A stretch of 64,000 nucleotides of DNA from NCBI GenBank assembly GCA_963638805.1, contig CAVHTI010000005.1, forward strand, positions 9,064 to 73,063, written 5' to 3'. Numbering within the stretch: the stretch's first letter is position 1; every line of letters starts with the position of its first letter. A program made the translations under genes and the position numbers. The stretch comes from Anaerobutyricum sp. GTDB taxonomy: Bacteria; Spirochaetota; Spirochaetia; Treponematales; Treponemataceae. Shown here piece by piece: positions 27,770-36,860 of the stretch. A model generated the notes under the pieces. It was not told the DNA's origin and ran no database searches. It saw nothing but the letters and a program-made list of their open reading frames with translations.

Positions 27770-28900
27770 TTATCTTGATGTTATCAATGTTTTCTTAGAC
27801 TTGTATTTTTCAAGCGCTTCACTGATAAGAAGATCAATGAGTTCCGGGTAGTTTAAGCCGGCTGCATCGCACATTTTTGGGAACATACTGATTGAAGTAA
27901 ATCCCGGCATTGTGTTGATTTCATTCAGATAAACCTGACCGGAATCCTTATCAATAAAAAAGTCAACGCGCGAAAGGCCACTTGCATCCAGAGTTTTGTA
28001 CGCGGCACAGGCAGTTTTTCTGATTTTTTCAAGATCATTTTCGCTAAGATTTGCAGGAATTTGAAGTCTTGCGCCGTCCGGGTCATTGTATTTTGCATCA
28101 AAATCATAAAAAGTGTGGGTTGGCACAATTTCGCCTGGAATATACGCAACAACGTCTTCAACTTCGCTTTCTGGCGCGAAAGTCACGGAATTTCCTGTGA
28201 CGGAACATTCAACTTCGCGGGCGTTAATTGCTTTTTCAATCAGAACTTTATCGTCCCACTGAAAAGCCTGCATCAACTGATAAGACAATTCGCGGCGGTT
28301 ATTTGCTTTTCCGGCGCCATTTGAACTTCCGGCACAGCAAGGTTTTACAAACAGAGGATATCCACCAAGTTCTTTTTCAGTTTCTTCAATAAAAGAATCA
28401 TACAAAACAGAATCAAGCATGACAAAACGTTTCATGCAGACATAAGGAACGACCGGCAGCCCCGCACTTTGCCAAATCATTTTGGTTTTTTCCTTGTCCA
28501 TGGTCACGGCACTTGCAAGAGTTGTACATCCAACATACGGAATGTCTGCCATATCAAAAAGTCCCTGAATTGTTCCGTCCTCGCCGTAAGTTCCGTGAAG
28601 GGCAGGGAATACAACGTCAATTTCCAGAGGTTTTCCGCAAACAGCAAAAGCATTTTTTCCGTTGCCTGGAATAATGCTGACTGCAGATTTTTCATCTTCC
28701 ATGATTTTTAAAGTTGCACTTGAATCTTTGCAGATTCTTTCGTATTCAGATTCTGGCTGAAGATACCATTTTCCGCTTTTAGTAATTGCAATCAGAATGA
28801 CATTGTTTTCTTTTTTAATGTTTCTGACAATTGATGATGCAGAAATGAGGGAAATTTCATGTTCTCCGGATTTTCCGCCATAAATTACACAAATGTTCAT
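27770..28900 (-). CDS. ddl: D-alanine--D-alanine ligase
   Basis: ATP-grasp with a typical Ddl N-terminus (GGKSGEHEISLISA) and C-terminal EINTMPGFT. Confidence 0.9.
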   Translation of the reverse strand: MNICVIYGGKSGEHEISLISASSIVRNIKKENNVILIAITKSGKWYLQPESEYERICKDSSATLKIMEDEKSAVSIIPGNGKNAFAVCGKPLEIDVVFPALHGTYGEDGTIQGLFDMADIPYVGCTTLASAVTMDKEKTKMIWQSAGLPVVPYVCMKRFVMLDSVLYDSFIEETEKELGGYPLFVKPCCAGSSNGAGKANNRRELSYQLMQAFQWDDKVLIEKAINAREVECSVTGNSVTFAPESEVEDVVAYIPGEIVPTHTFYDFDAKYNDPDGARLQIPANLSENDLEKIRKTACAAYKTLDASGLSRVDFFIDKDSGQVYLNEINTMPGFTSISMFPKMCDAAGLNYPELIDLLISEALEKYKSKKTLITSR

Positions 28901-28951
28901 ATTTTTCCTTTTATTTTTTCAGCCGGAAAAATTCCGGCGATTTTATCTTAA

Positions 28952-28980
28952 GGGAGCCTCTAAAATTGCAATTTTTAGAG
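28952..28980 (+). repeat. GGGAG-hairpin intergenic element, copy 3
   Basis: GGGAGCCTCTAAAATTGCAATTTTTAGAG. 8-bp stem CTCTAAAA/TTTTAGAG. A GCCGGAA/TTCCGGC hairpin lies 13 nt upstream at 28922-28938. Confidence 0.5.
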
Positions 28981-28986
28981 ATGTCC

Positions 28987-30699
28987 TTAAATTAATTTTA
29001 AATCCTTCAGGGCATTTTCTGCTTCCGTGATTTCATCATATTTCATCGTGAAATCTTTGTAGATAATGCTGTTTTCGTGAGATTTTCCAAGAAGCAGGAC
29101 AATATCATTTTTGCCGGCCATTTTAAAAGTTTCGCGGATTGCCTGCGGTCTGTCGTGAATTATAAATAAATCTTTGTTCATGACTTTGCCTTGTTTTTCG
29201 GCGCCCACGGCAATCATTTTTAAAAGCTCCACAGGATCTTCACCGCGCGGATCTTCGTCAGCAAGTACGATTGTGTCACAATATTTTGCTGCAATTTCCC
29301 CTTGCAAAGGACGTTTTGTTAAATCACGTTCACCGCCACTGCCAAATACACAGAACATTTTTCCTTTACAGCGTTTTCTTAACGGAGGGAAGATAGTTTC
29401 AAAACTTGACGGGGTATGAGCGTAATCTACAATCAGTTCAAAATCCTGACCTTTTTTGATTTCTGTCATTCGTCCTTTGATAGGATTGAGTTTTGCAATG
29501 AGCGCGCTAAGTTTTTCAAAATCAATTCCGGTGACAGAATTTACCGCAATCATTGTTGCCATAATGTTATAGGCGTTAAAACTTCCCGGAAGTTTAGAAT
29601 CCACGTGAGTAGAAACTTTTTTGTTGCTTGAAATAAAATCAAACGAAAGACTTTCGTCATCAGATTTTATATTTTGAGCTTCATAATAAAGCTGGATTTT
29701 TTGAGGAACGGGCGGTAAATCAATTTTTTTGTCCGTAACGGCAGCTTTTCCGGCAAGTCCAAGGGACGTAAATCCTGTAACATTTTGTTTTGTTGCATTT
29801 GCAAAAAATTCTGCAGATGGATCTTCAAGATTTACAATTCCAAGTGACGGAATTTTTACTTCGCGGCCACCGATGATTTTTTTGTGGTCGTGTTTATCAA
29901 GGGCGCGGAAAAGATTTGCCTTATCACTTCTGTAAGTTTCAAAATTCTTATGAAATTCAAGATGTTCAAGGGTAACATTCATAAAAATGCCGCAGTCAAA
30001 CAAAATATTTCCGCATCGGTTTAATTTTTCAGAAAGTCCGTGGCTTGAAGTTTCCACAACTGCATATTCACAGCCGTTTTTGAGCATTTCGTTTAAATGA
30101 TGCTGAATAATCGGGGCTTCTGGAGTCGTCTGATGCTGAGGATTTGGCAGGGCTTCTCCTCCAAACGAATATTCAACTGTGCTTATAAATCCACATTTTT
30201 TACCGCAGGCTTTAAGCAACTGCCATATAAAACTTACCGTACTTGATTTGCCTTCCGTGCCGGTAACGCCAAAAACAACCATATGAGCACTTGGATTATC
30301 ATAAAATTCAGCAGAAACCGGTGCCATGGAATGACGCGCAGACGAAACCTTTATGAGAACCGGCGCAAATTTTGGATTTTCGTCACTCAGGCCATTTTGC
30401 AATGTGCGGGAAACAATCGCTTTTGCAATTTCTGACTGAAGATTTTTGTCATCATTAAGATTTCCTTCAAAAACAATTGCGTTGGCGCCTTTTTTAATAG
30501 CAGCTGGAATAAAAGATTTTCCGTCAACGTGAGTACCCGGCAATGCAAAATAAAGAGAGTTTTTTTCAATCTGACGGGAATCAAAAGTCAAAGATGAAAT
30601 TGAAATGCCGTCAATTTCCGGGTCATTAATTTCTGAACCATCTGCCGCAACAATTTTGTGCTCAAAAGCAGGCAGTAACTGTGAAAGATATTTTGTCAT
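28987..30699 (-). CDS. murE: UDP-N-acetylmuramoyl-L-alanyl-D-glutamate--diamino-acid ligase
   Basis: Mur ligase P-loop GVTGTEGKSS and DYAHTP. 570 aa, upstream of ddl. Confidence 0.9.
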   Translation of the reverse strand: MTKYLSQLLPAFEHKIVAADGSEINDPEIDGISISSLTFDSRQIEKNSLYFALPGTHVDGKSFIPAAIKKGANAIVFEGNLNDDKNLQSEIAKAIVSRTLQNGLSDENPKFAPVLIKVSSARHSMAPVSAEFYDNPSAHMVVFGVTGTEGKSSTVSFIWQLLKACGKKCGFISTVEYSFGGEALPNPQHQTTPEAPIIQHHLNEMLKNGCEYAVVETSSHGLSEKLNRCGNILFDCGIFMNVTLEHLEFHKNFETYRSDKANLFRALDKHDHKKIIGGREVKIPSLGIVNLEDPSAEFFANATKQNVTGFTSLGLAGKAAVTDKKIDLPPVPQKIQLYYEAQNIKSDDESLSFDFISSNKKVSTHVDSKLPGSFNAYNIMATMIAVNSVTGIDFEKLSALIAKLNPIKGRMTEIKKGQDFELIVDYAHTPSSFETIFPPLRKRCKGKMFCVFGSGGERDLTKRPLQGEIAAKYCDTIVLADEDPRGEDPVELLKMIAVGAEKQGKVMNKDLFIIHDRPQAIRETFKMAGKNDIVLLLGKSHENSIIYKDFTMKYDEITEAENALKDLKLI

Positions 30700-30851
30700 A
30701 ACCGCTATTCTAGTACTTATTTTTTAAAAAGTCTTTAGAAATTATCTTAGTATGAAGAGGGGGCCAGATTCAGAAGAATTAAATTGTTGAAGTTCAACTA
30801 ATATCAAACGAAAAATTTGCTTATGACCGGAAGAATGTATAAAATGTGGCT

Positions 30852-31256
30852 ATGTTTAGTGTACGGGTTCAAGCGGATTTTAGTGCGGCGCATTTTTTGC
30901 GGGATTATAACGGTAAGTGTGAAAATCTTCACGGGCATAATTATAAGGTTTTTGCTCATGTGCGGGGAAATGAACTGAACGAAGGCGGTATGCTTCTTGA
31001 TTTTTCAAAATTGAAGGCTGTGCTCCGGCAGTGCTGCAAAACGCTGGATCATACAAATTTAAATGATTTTGAAATTTTTAAACAGAATCCAAGTGCAGAA
31101 CGGATTGCGCTTTATATTTACGATCAGATTATTCAGGAAATGAAAAATCAGGGGCTGGATTTGACTTTTGAAGAAGGAAAACAGAGTGCATATCTTTGGG
31201 CCGTTGATGTTTTTGAAACGGAAACCAGCCGCGCAAGGTATTCGGTTTTGCCGTAG
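30852..31256 (+). CDS. queD: 6-carboxy-5,6,7,8-tetrahydropterin synthase
   Basis: FSAAHFL...CENLHGHNY motif at QueD size. Start trimmed to ATG 30852. Confidence 0.85.
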   Translation: MFSVRVQADFSAAHFLRDYNGKCENLHGHNYKVFAHVRGNELNEGGMLLDFSKLKAVLRQCCKTLDHTNLNDFEIFKQNPSAERIALYIYDQIIQEMKNQGLDLTFEEGKQSAYLWAVDVFETETSRARYSVLP

Positions 31257-31260
31257 AAAT

Positions 31261-31337
31261 AAAAACAGGCCGTCTAATATAGTGTAGATGCTGGAATAAA
31301 TTCAGCACGACACTACTTTTTGAACAGCCTGTTTTTT
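31261..31337. terminator. Bidirectional terminator between queD and the xylanase gene
   Basis: Outer stem AAAAACAGGC / GCCTGTTTTT encloses an inner hairpin TGCTGGAA..TTCAGCA. T-runs are present on both strands. Confidence 0.6.
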
Positions 31338-31342
31338 AATTT

Positions 31343-32836
31343 TTACTCTTTGTGAGCATTTATCACGGCCCAGAAAGATTCGTTTGGAGTGTAAGAATCA
31401 CCGACGTCGTAAAGTGGCAGTTGTTCGGTGCCGGTTTTGTAATTTGCAGACTTTGTTGATTTTGAAACATTGTCAATTAAATTAAAAAGCAGAGGATAAG
31501 TTTTTTTGCCATTTGAAGGATTTATCCAGGAATTTTCGTCATTTAAACCCCACACTGTAACACATTCAATTTTATTTGTGCCGGAATAAGAATTTCCGTA
31601 TTTTTGGAAAAGTGTGAAATAGTCTTTGTAGGCTTTTACGGCATCGGAACGACTTGTTGCAGTAAAATCCATTTCTGAAACATGAATGTCGCAGCCTAAC
31701 GCAAGGAATTTTTTGATTGCAGATTCATAAGCGGTTGTTCCAGGCCATGAAGTGCCAAGATGCGACTGCATACCGACAACATCGATGCGCGGTTTTACTG
31801 ATTTTCCGTTTACCGTCTGTTCTTCGCCGTTTTGAATGTCTTTGACAATCTGGCAAATTGCAGGAGTTTTTGAGCCCATGTACTCGTTATAGTCGTTGTA
31901 GCACAGTTTTACGTCTGACGGGGCATAGGCATTTGCAAAACGGAATGCGTTTACAATAAATTCGTCGTTACCATAAATCTGATACCACCGTGAACCGCCA
32001 TTGCCCGGAGCCTTATCTCTTGTGCCGTCAGTTGACCCGCGCAGGAAATTTGCAGAAGAACCGGAATAAATCTGGCCCGCGTCATCAGCGGCCGCTTCGT
32101 TTACAACGTCCCAAACCCAGATTAAATGATTGCCTTCGCCATAACCGTTTGCTTTTTCCCATTCAGAAACACATTCCAAAACTGATTTGATGTACCATTC
32201 GTGACGGGCTGTCATAGTTTCTTTGTCAACGATATTAGAAAGAAGTTCCCCGTCAAATTTTGCACTGTAATTTTCCGCAAAAAAATCATCTGGAGTCTGT
32301 GAATGCCAGGTGAGGACGTGGCCACGCATTTTTACCCCGGCATCTTTTGCGGCATTCAGTGTTGCATAAATTAACTGTTCATTATTTAAATAGGACGGTA
32401 CTTTTATAGTTTTTCCGTTTGAGGCGGTAAAATCTGTCATAGATTGTTTTGCACCGTTGCCAATAGACCACCAGGCAAGTACAAACTGAGGTTTTAATTC
32501 ATTGCCAAGCGTTATGGAATTTGCGTGTTTTGCAATGCCGTTTCTGATTTCTTTGTAATAAAGTTCTGATGGGCTGCCCCAGCCCCAGTAAGTATATTTT
32601 GCGGTGTATTTATTTGAACCGTCTTTTTTTAATCCAAAGTTTCCATATTCTGCGGCAATTCCGATGTAGTCAAACTGATCTTTGTAAGTTTGGTAAAGTG
32701 AAGGCACGGAAGAGTCCAGCCAGGTGACAGTTCCTGAATTGTCTTGAGATTGAATTGTGCTGCAGGAAACAAATGCGCACAAAAGTAAAATCTGCGGTAA
32801 AACTTTTATTAACCTGTTGATTTTGATTTTTTTCAT
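31343..32836 (-). CDS. Glycoside hydrolase family 10 endo-1,4-beta-xylanase lipoprotein
   Basis: Lipobox LLCAFVSC. GH10 motifs GHVLTWHSQTP, WDVVNEA (acid/base Glu) and HVSEMD (nucleophile Glu context). Confidence 0.85.
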   Translation of the reverse strand: MKKIKINRLIKVLPQILLLCAFVSCSTIQSQDNSGTVTWLDSSVPSLYQTYKDQFDYIGIAAEYGNFGLKKDGSNKYTAKYTYWGWGSPSELYYKEIRNGIAKHANSITLGNELKPQFVLAWWSIGNGAKQSMTDFTASNGKTIKVPSYLNNEQLIYATLNAAKDAGVKMRGHVLTWHSQTPDDFFAENYSAKFDGELLSNIVDKETMTARHEWYIKSVLECVSEWEKANGYGEGNHLIWVWDVVNEAAADDAGQIYSGSSANFLRGSTDGTRDKAPGNGGSRWYQIYGNDEFIVNAFRFANAYAPSDVKLCYNDYNEYMGSKTPAICQIVKDIQNGEEQTVNGKSVKPRIDVVGMQSHLGTSWPGTTAYESAIKKFLALGCDIHVSEMDFTATSRSDAVKAYKDYFTLFQKYGNSYSGTNKIECVTVWGLNDENSWINPSNGKKTYPLLFNLIDNVSKSTKSANYKTGTEQLPLYDVGDSYTPNESFWAVINAHKE

Positions 32837-32891
32837 AAAAACTCCTGAAAAAATTTATATTTGGCGGCAAAATTTTATTTTTTTGCTCGGC

Positions 32892-33017
32892 GCGTAAGCG
32901 ATTGTAGCAGCCGCGAAAGCGGGCCACGGCCTATGAGCGCCATTGTTCTGGCGCGGAATGCCGGGGCTGGAGCGAACAGCGGAACTGCGCAAAGCGCGAC
33001 CCGATAGGGGTACGCCC
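32892..33017 (+). repeat. Dispersed hairpin-rich element, copy C (short form)
   Basis: GCGTAAGCGATTGTAGCAGCCGCGAA is identical to copy A over 26 nt. It also has the hairpin GCGCCA-TTGTTC-TGGCGC (32937-32954), GGAGCGAACAGCGGAACTGCGC, and the end GGGGTACGCCC. Confidence 0.75.
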
Positions 33018-33115
33018 TGAAAATTCCTAAAAATAGTCTGATTGTAAGTCTTAAGAATTTTAATAGGTGAAATTCTGTAAAATGCCGGCGCGGATTTTTG
33101 GATTTTCTGATTTTC

Positions 33116-33144
33116 TTGTAAAACGCTTTTCTTTACATTAATAT
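33116..33144 (+). promoter_or_regulatory. Candidate promoter for tpiA
   Basis: TTGTAA, 17-nt spacer, TAATAT, about 35 nt upstream of the tpiA start. Confidence 0.3.
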
Positions 33145-33177
33145 TAGAAAAAATTAATTATAGGAGTAAGAGAAATT

Positions 33178-33927
33178 ATGGCTCGTACACATTATATTGC
33201 CGGTAACTGGAAAATGAACACTTCTAAAGCAGAAGCTGTTGCATTAGCAAAAGATTTGGTTGAACAGTTGAAAGGAAAAACAAACAAATTTATGATTGGC
33301 GTTCCTTTTGTTTATCTTGATGCTGTTGCTCAGGTTGTAAAAGGCTCAAATATTATTTTGGCTGCTCAGGATTGTGCTGCAACTTCAAATGGTGCTCACA
33401 CTGGTGAAGTTTCTACAACTATGCTCAAGGATATTGGATGTCAGTGCGTTATTCTTGGTCACTCAGAACGTCGCCACGAAATTGGTGAATCTGATGAATT
33501 GATTAACAAAAAAGTTCGCAAGGCTTTGAACGATGGTCTTGAAGTTGATCTTTGTATTGGTGAACTTCTGGCTGAACGTGAAGCTGGCGAGGCTGAACAG
33601 GTTTGTGCATTCCAGCTTTCTGCTGACCTTGCTGGCGTTACAGAAGAACAGATGAAAAACGTTACAATCGCTTATGAACCTGTTTGGGCTATTGGAACTG
33701 GCAAAACTGCTACTCCTGCTGATGCTGAAGCAATTCACAAGTTTATTCGTGGTTATATTGCAAAACTTTACAACCAGAAAGTTGCTGATGAAATTATCAT
33801 TCAGTACGGTGGTTCAATGAAGGCTTCTAACGCTCCTGAACTTTTGGCTCAGCCTGATATTGACGGTGGCTTGATTGGTGGAGCTTCCCTTAAAGCTGAA
33901 ACATTTGTTCCAATCTGCGTGCTCTAA
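33178..33927 (+). CDS. tpiA: Triosephosphate isomerase
   Basis: IAGNWKMN, GHSERR, AYEPVWAIGTG and GGASL. Confidence 0.95.
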   Translation: MARTHYIAGNWKMNTSKAEAVALAKDLVEQLKGKTNKFMIGVPFVYLDAVAQVVKGSNIILAAQDCAATSNGAHTGEVSTTMLKDIGCQCVILGHSERRHEIGESDELINKKVRKALNDGLEVDLCIGELLAEREAGEAEQVCAFQLSADLAGVTEEQMKNVTIAYEPVWAIGTGKTATPADAEAIHKFIRGYIAKLYNQKVADEIIIQYGGSMKASNAPELLAQPDIDGGLIGGASLKAETFVPICVL

Positions 33928-33956
33928 TCTTAGAAAAATCGTAGTAACGTGATTAA

Positions 33957-34000
33957 AATCCCTGCCCCCTGGAATTTATTTTTAGGACAGGGATTTTTTT
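33957..34000 (+). terminator. Rho-independent terminator after tpiA
   Basis: AATCCCTG / CAGGGATT stem followed by T7. Confidence 0.8.
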
Positions 34001-34058
34001 ATGGCCCCGTGTCACTCTAAACACGCAACCATGAGAATATACAAGATTTAAGGTGGTG

Positions 34059-34370
34059 GCACTAAAAATGAGTAACGGAAGGCGTGCTAAAACACACGAT
34101 ATTAAGAATATGCGTGAGAAAAAGCAATATAATGTGAACGGTACTGAAAATTAGTAACGGAAGGCGGGGTTCCGACCCTGAAAAAAAATCTGCACAAGCG
34201 AAGCGCGGAAGCCTTTTTTTCAGGGCGGGTTCACGCCTGAAGTTTACTGTAGTTACCCAGCGGGCCCCGTGCTTTTTCGTAAGCATATTCGACATTTATC
34301 ACGCAAGTTCACGCCTGAAGTTACTGATAGTTTCATCACCCGCACCACGCTTTTTCGTAAGCATATTCGA
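34059..34370. repeat. Composite tandem repeats in the tpiA-secG spacer
   Basis: An 82-bp-period pair (34059-34084 / 34141-34166, ..TAGTAACGGAAGGCG). A 78-bp-period pair (34229-34292 / 34307-34370, GTTCACGCCTGAAGTT..TTTTTCGTAAGCATATTCGA). A 12-bp inverted repeat CCCTGAAAAAAA/TTTTTTTCAGGG (34176-34225). Confidence 0.75.
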
Positions 34371-34450
34371 TTCAACTATGGACAAAAATATTTGATTTTA
34401 TTAAAATGACAGAACATTTAAAATGATTAAAACTATATTGGAGTAAATAA

Positions 34451-34843
34451 ATGAGTACAGTTGGTATTGTTCTTTTAGTATTTTTTGTCATCGTTAGTTT
34501 GTTGCTGGTTCTTCTTGTTGCAATTCAGGACGATGGCGAAAGTGGAATGGGCGGACTTTTAGGTGGTCGTGGAACTGCTGCATTCGGTTCTCATTCTGCA
34601 AGTGTACTGACAAAAGCAACTGCTGTTCTGGTTGTTCTTTTCTTTGTATTGGCTTTAGGTCTTGCTCTTGTGAATAAACCAAAACATAAGGCAGCTGCAA
34701 TTGATGAAGTAAAAACTACTGCAACTTCAGAAGAAAGTATAACAGAAAATTCTTCATCTACTTGGTGGACAGAAAATTCTGAAAATGCTAACATAACGGC
34801 AACTGAAGAAACTGTTCCTGCTGAATCTGCAGAAACGGAGTAA
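34451..34843 (+). CDS. secG: Preprotein translocase subunit SecG
   Basis: Two TM helices flank the GMGGLLGG..G motif. Found downstream of tpiA, the usual synteny. Has a long acidic/Thr-rich C-terminal tail. Confidence 0.85.
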   Translation: MSTVGIVLLVFFVIVSLLLVLLVAIQDDGESGMGGLLGGRGTAAFGSHSASVLTKATAVLVVLFFVLALGLALVNKPKHKAAAIDEVKTTATSEESITENSSSTWWTENSENANITATEETVPAESAETE

Positions 34844-34883
34844 AAATCGGCTCACTAAAGAGGAGCTATTTTGACGAATAAAA

Positions 34884-34941
34884 ATACCCTGAAAATATGG
34901 TCCGGCCGACAGCCAGAAATGTTTTCAGGGTATTTTTTTTT
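34884..34941 (+). terminator. Rho-independent terminator after secG
   Basis: 12-bp stem ATACCCTGAAAA / TTTTCAGGGTAT followed by T9. Confidence 0.85.
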
Positions 34942-35001
34942 GGAAAATCTCTAAAAAAAATCAATTTTACGAGGTTTTCATAAAAGACGGGAGAAATGTT
35001 T

Positions 35002-35469
35002 ATGATAAGCGAATTAATTACACCTGGCGATATTAAAGTAAATCTTGACAGTACAGAACGGGACGAATCTTTTGCAGAACTTCTTGAAATTGCGGCTGTA
35101 AAAAATCCTGAAATTAATCGTAGTCAGGCTTTGAATGCACTTCTTGAACGTGAAGCGAAAATGAGCACGGCAGTTTATCCTTTTGTTGCTGTTCCGCACG
35201 TTGTTTTAAAAAATCTTCCAAAAACTATTGTTTCTGTGGGAATTGACCGCCGTGGAATTGAATTTGATTCGATTGATTCAAAGGAATATAATCCAGTGAA
35301 AGTAAATGTCATCTTTGAAATCCTTTTTGATGAAAAAGAAACTGATGCACATTTGAATATTTTACGTGATATTTTACAACTTGCTTCAAATCCTGATTTT
35401 GTAAAGAGAATCAAGGAGGCTTCTAATCAGCAGGAAGCATACGATATTATTGCTGAACTTGAAGCATAG
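35002..35469 (+). CDS. PTS EIIA type-2 (PtsN-like) domain protein
   Basis: ELITPGDIKVNL...FVAVPHV contains the phospho-His context of EIIA-2/PtsN. ATG 35002 has GGGAG 8 nt upstream, whereas the ORF-track ATG 34996 has only 2-nt spacing. Confidence 0.7.
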   Translation: MISELITPGDIKVNLDSTERDESFAELLEIAAVKNPEINRSQALNALLEREAKMSTAVYPFVAVPHVVLKNLPKTIVSVGIDRRGIEFDSIDSKEYNPVKVNVIFEILFDEKETDAHLNILRDILQLASNPDFVKRIKEASNQQEAYDIIAELEA

Positions 35470-35488
35470 AGCTTTACAGGAGAAAAAT

Positions 35489-35806
35489 ATGGCTGACAAT
35501 GTTGAACTTGAAATTATAAATCATTTGCTGGATGTAGAAAAAAATGCTTCTATTTTGATTGACGATGCAAAAATTGAAGCGGACAGACGTACCAGCGAAG
35601 CTAAGGCAAAGTACAATCAGGAATATAAAGAAAAAATTGACGTTCTTGCCGCAGAAAAGGACAAGGCATATCACGAAAAAATGCAGCAAATTAAAGAAAA
35701 ACACGCTGCCGCAATGGAAGAATTCAAGAAAAGTTATGAAAATCTTCCGCAAAATAAAGAAAATTTAAAGGCTCTTCTTGAAAAACTGTTGTTTCAAAAT
35801 GCTTAA
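35489..35806 (+). CDS. V-type ATPase peripheral-stalk subunit (G/H-like coiled coil)
   Basis: 106-aa charged coiled-coil protein, first in the V-ATPase operon. AGGAG lies 6 nt upstream of ATG 35489. Confidence 0.5.
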   Translation: MADNVELEIINHLLDVEKNASILIDDAKIEADRRTSEAKAKYNQEYKEKIDVLAAEKDKAYHEKMQQIKEKHAAAMEEFKKSYENLPQNKENLKALLEKLLFQNA

Positions 35807-35839
35807 TTTGAATAAGGCTTAAGACGGAGTAGATTTGCA

Positions 35840-36850
35840 ATGGACAAGAAAGCAGCTGAGGCTTACATTTATGCAAAAGCCAGCGGAATTATAGGAAAAT
35901 CTTTTGTTGATTCAAGGTCAGCGGATATTTTTGAAGCAAAGTCTCTTACAGATTTATGGACTTTGATTTTCAGAACTCCGGCGCCTGCAATTCCTGAAAT
36001 TATGCTGGCAGAGCGGATTGAAAAAGAAGCGTTCAAAAGATTTGTAGATCAATACACGTATTTTGTTTCGCTTTACGATAAACCGGATCAGATTTTAATT
36101 GATCAGCTTTTTATTTATGAATCTGAAAATTTAAAGGCAATTGGTTCTGCGCTTTGTGCAGGCGACAAGGAATGTCCTCATTTAATCAATTTTGGTAAAT
36201 TTTCTCAGTTAAATTACAAGGCCTGGCCGGATGTTGCAAAAATCACGGCAAAATCGCCTTACAGTTGGTATGATCACGTGCCTTCAATTCATGAACAGCA
36301 GAGTCTGGAATTTAAAATTGACTTGCAGGTTATCAGACATTTGTGGAAGGCAATTCAAAAAACTACCGGCGAGACTCGCATTCAACTGGAAGACTTGTAT
36401 CTGAACGAATATTGCATAAAAAATATTGTCTGGGCATTGAGACTGAAAATAAATTACAAGTGGGATAAAGATAAAATCATCGAAAATCTGATTTATGTTA
36501 CGGATTCGCCTTCGGCTTCTGATCCTATTGCGGGGCCGGCAATTCAGATTTTGAACAAAGAAACTGACGTTTATGAACAGTGGGCAGACTGGAAATACAG
36601 GGCACTTTTAAATCCTCATATTGCAGGTGAAGTGTGGTCTGTGCAGTCAAGTTGGATTGAACGAAAAAATCGTGTAAGAATGGGAAGACTTGCGAGTCAC
36701 GTTTTTCACGCTTACCCGATGAGTACCGTTGCTTTAATCGGCTGGTATAAAATGAAAAATTTTGAAATGAGTTGTATTCGTACGGCGGTTGAGAGTTTAC
36801 GAATGGGAATTAGTTCCCAGGATGCAAAAGATGCCGTTGGCATAAATTAG
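35840..36850 (+). CDS. V-type ATPase subunit C (V0 d-like)
   Basis: 336 aa. Position and size fit the prokaryotic V/A-ATPase C subunit. Sequence recognition is weak. Confidence 0.6.
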   Translation: MDKKAAEAYIYAKASGIIGKSFVDSRSADIFEAKSLTDLWTLIFRTPAPAIPEIMLAERIEKEAFKRFVDQYTYFVSLYDKPDQILIDQLFIYESENLKAIGSALCAGDKECPHLINFGKFSQLNYKAWPDVAKITAKSPYSWYDHVPSIHEQQSLEFKIDLQVIRHLWKAIQKTTGETRIQLEDLYLNEYCIKNIVWALRLKINYKWDKDKIIENLIYVTDSPSASDPIAGPAIQILNKETDVYEQWADWKYRALLNPHIAGEVWSVQSSWIERKNRVRMGRLASHVFHAYPMSTVALIGWYKMKNFEMSCIRTAVESLRMGISSQDAKDAVGIN

Positions 36851-36860
36851 TGAGGTGGAA

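Noticed and set aside
34062-34295. 77-aa minus-strand ORF in the tpiA-secG spacer. Similar cases are 15025-15216 (+) and 32670-32927 (-).
   Set aside because: All three lie inside repeat sequence. The frames are not conserved between repeat copies (stops occur in the equivalent frames) and there is no RBS.
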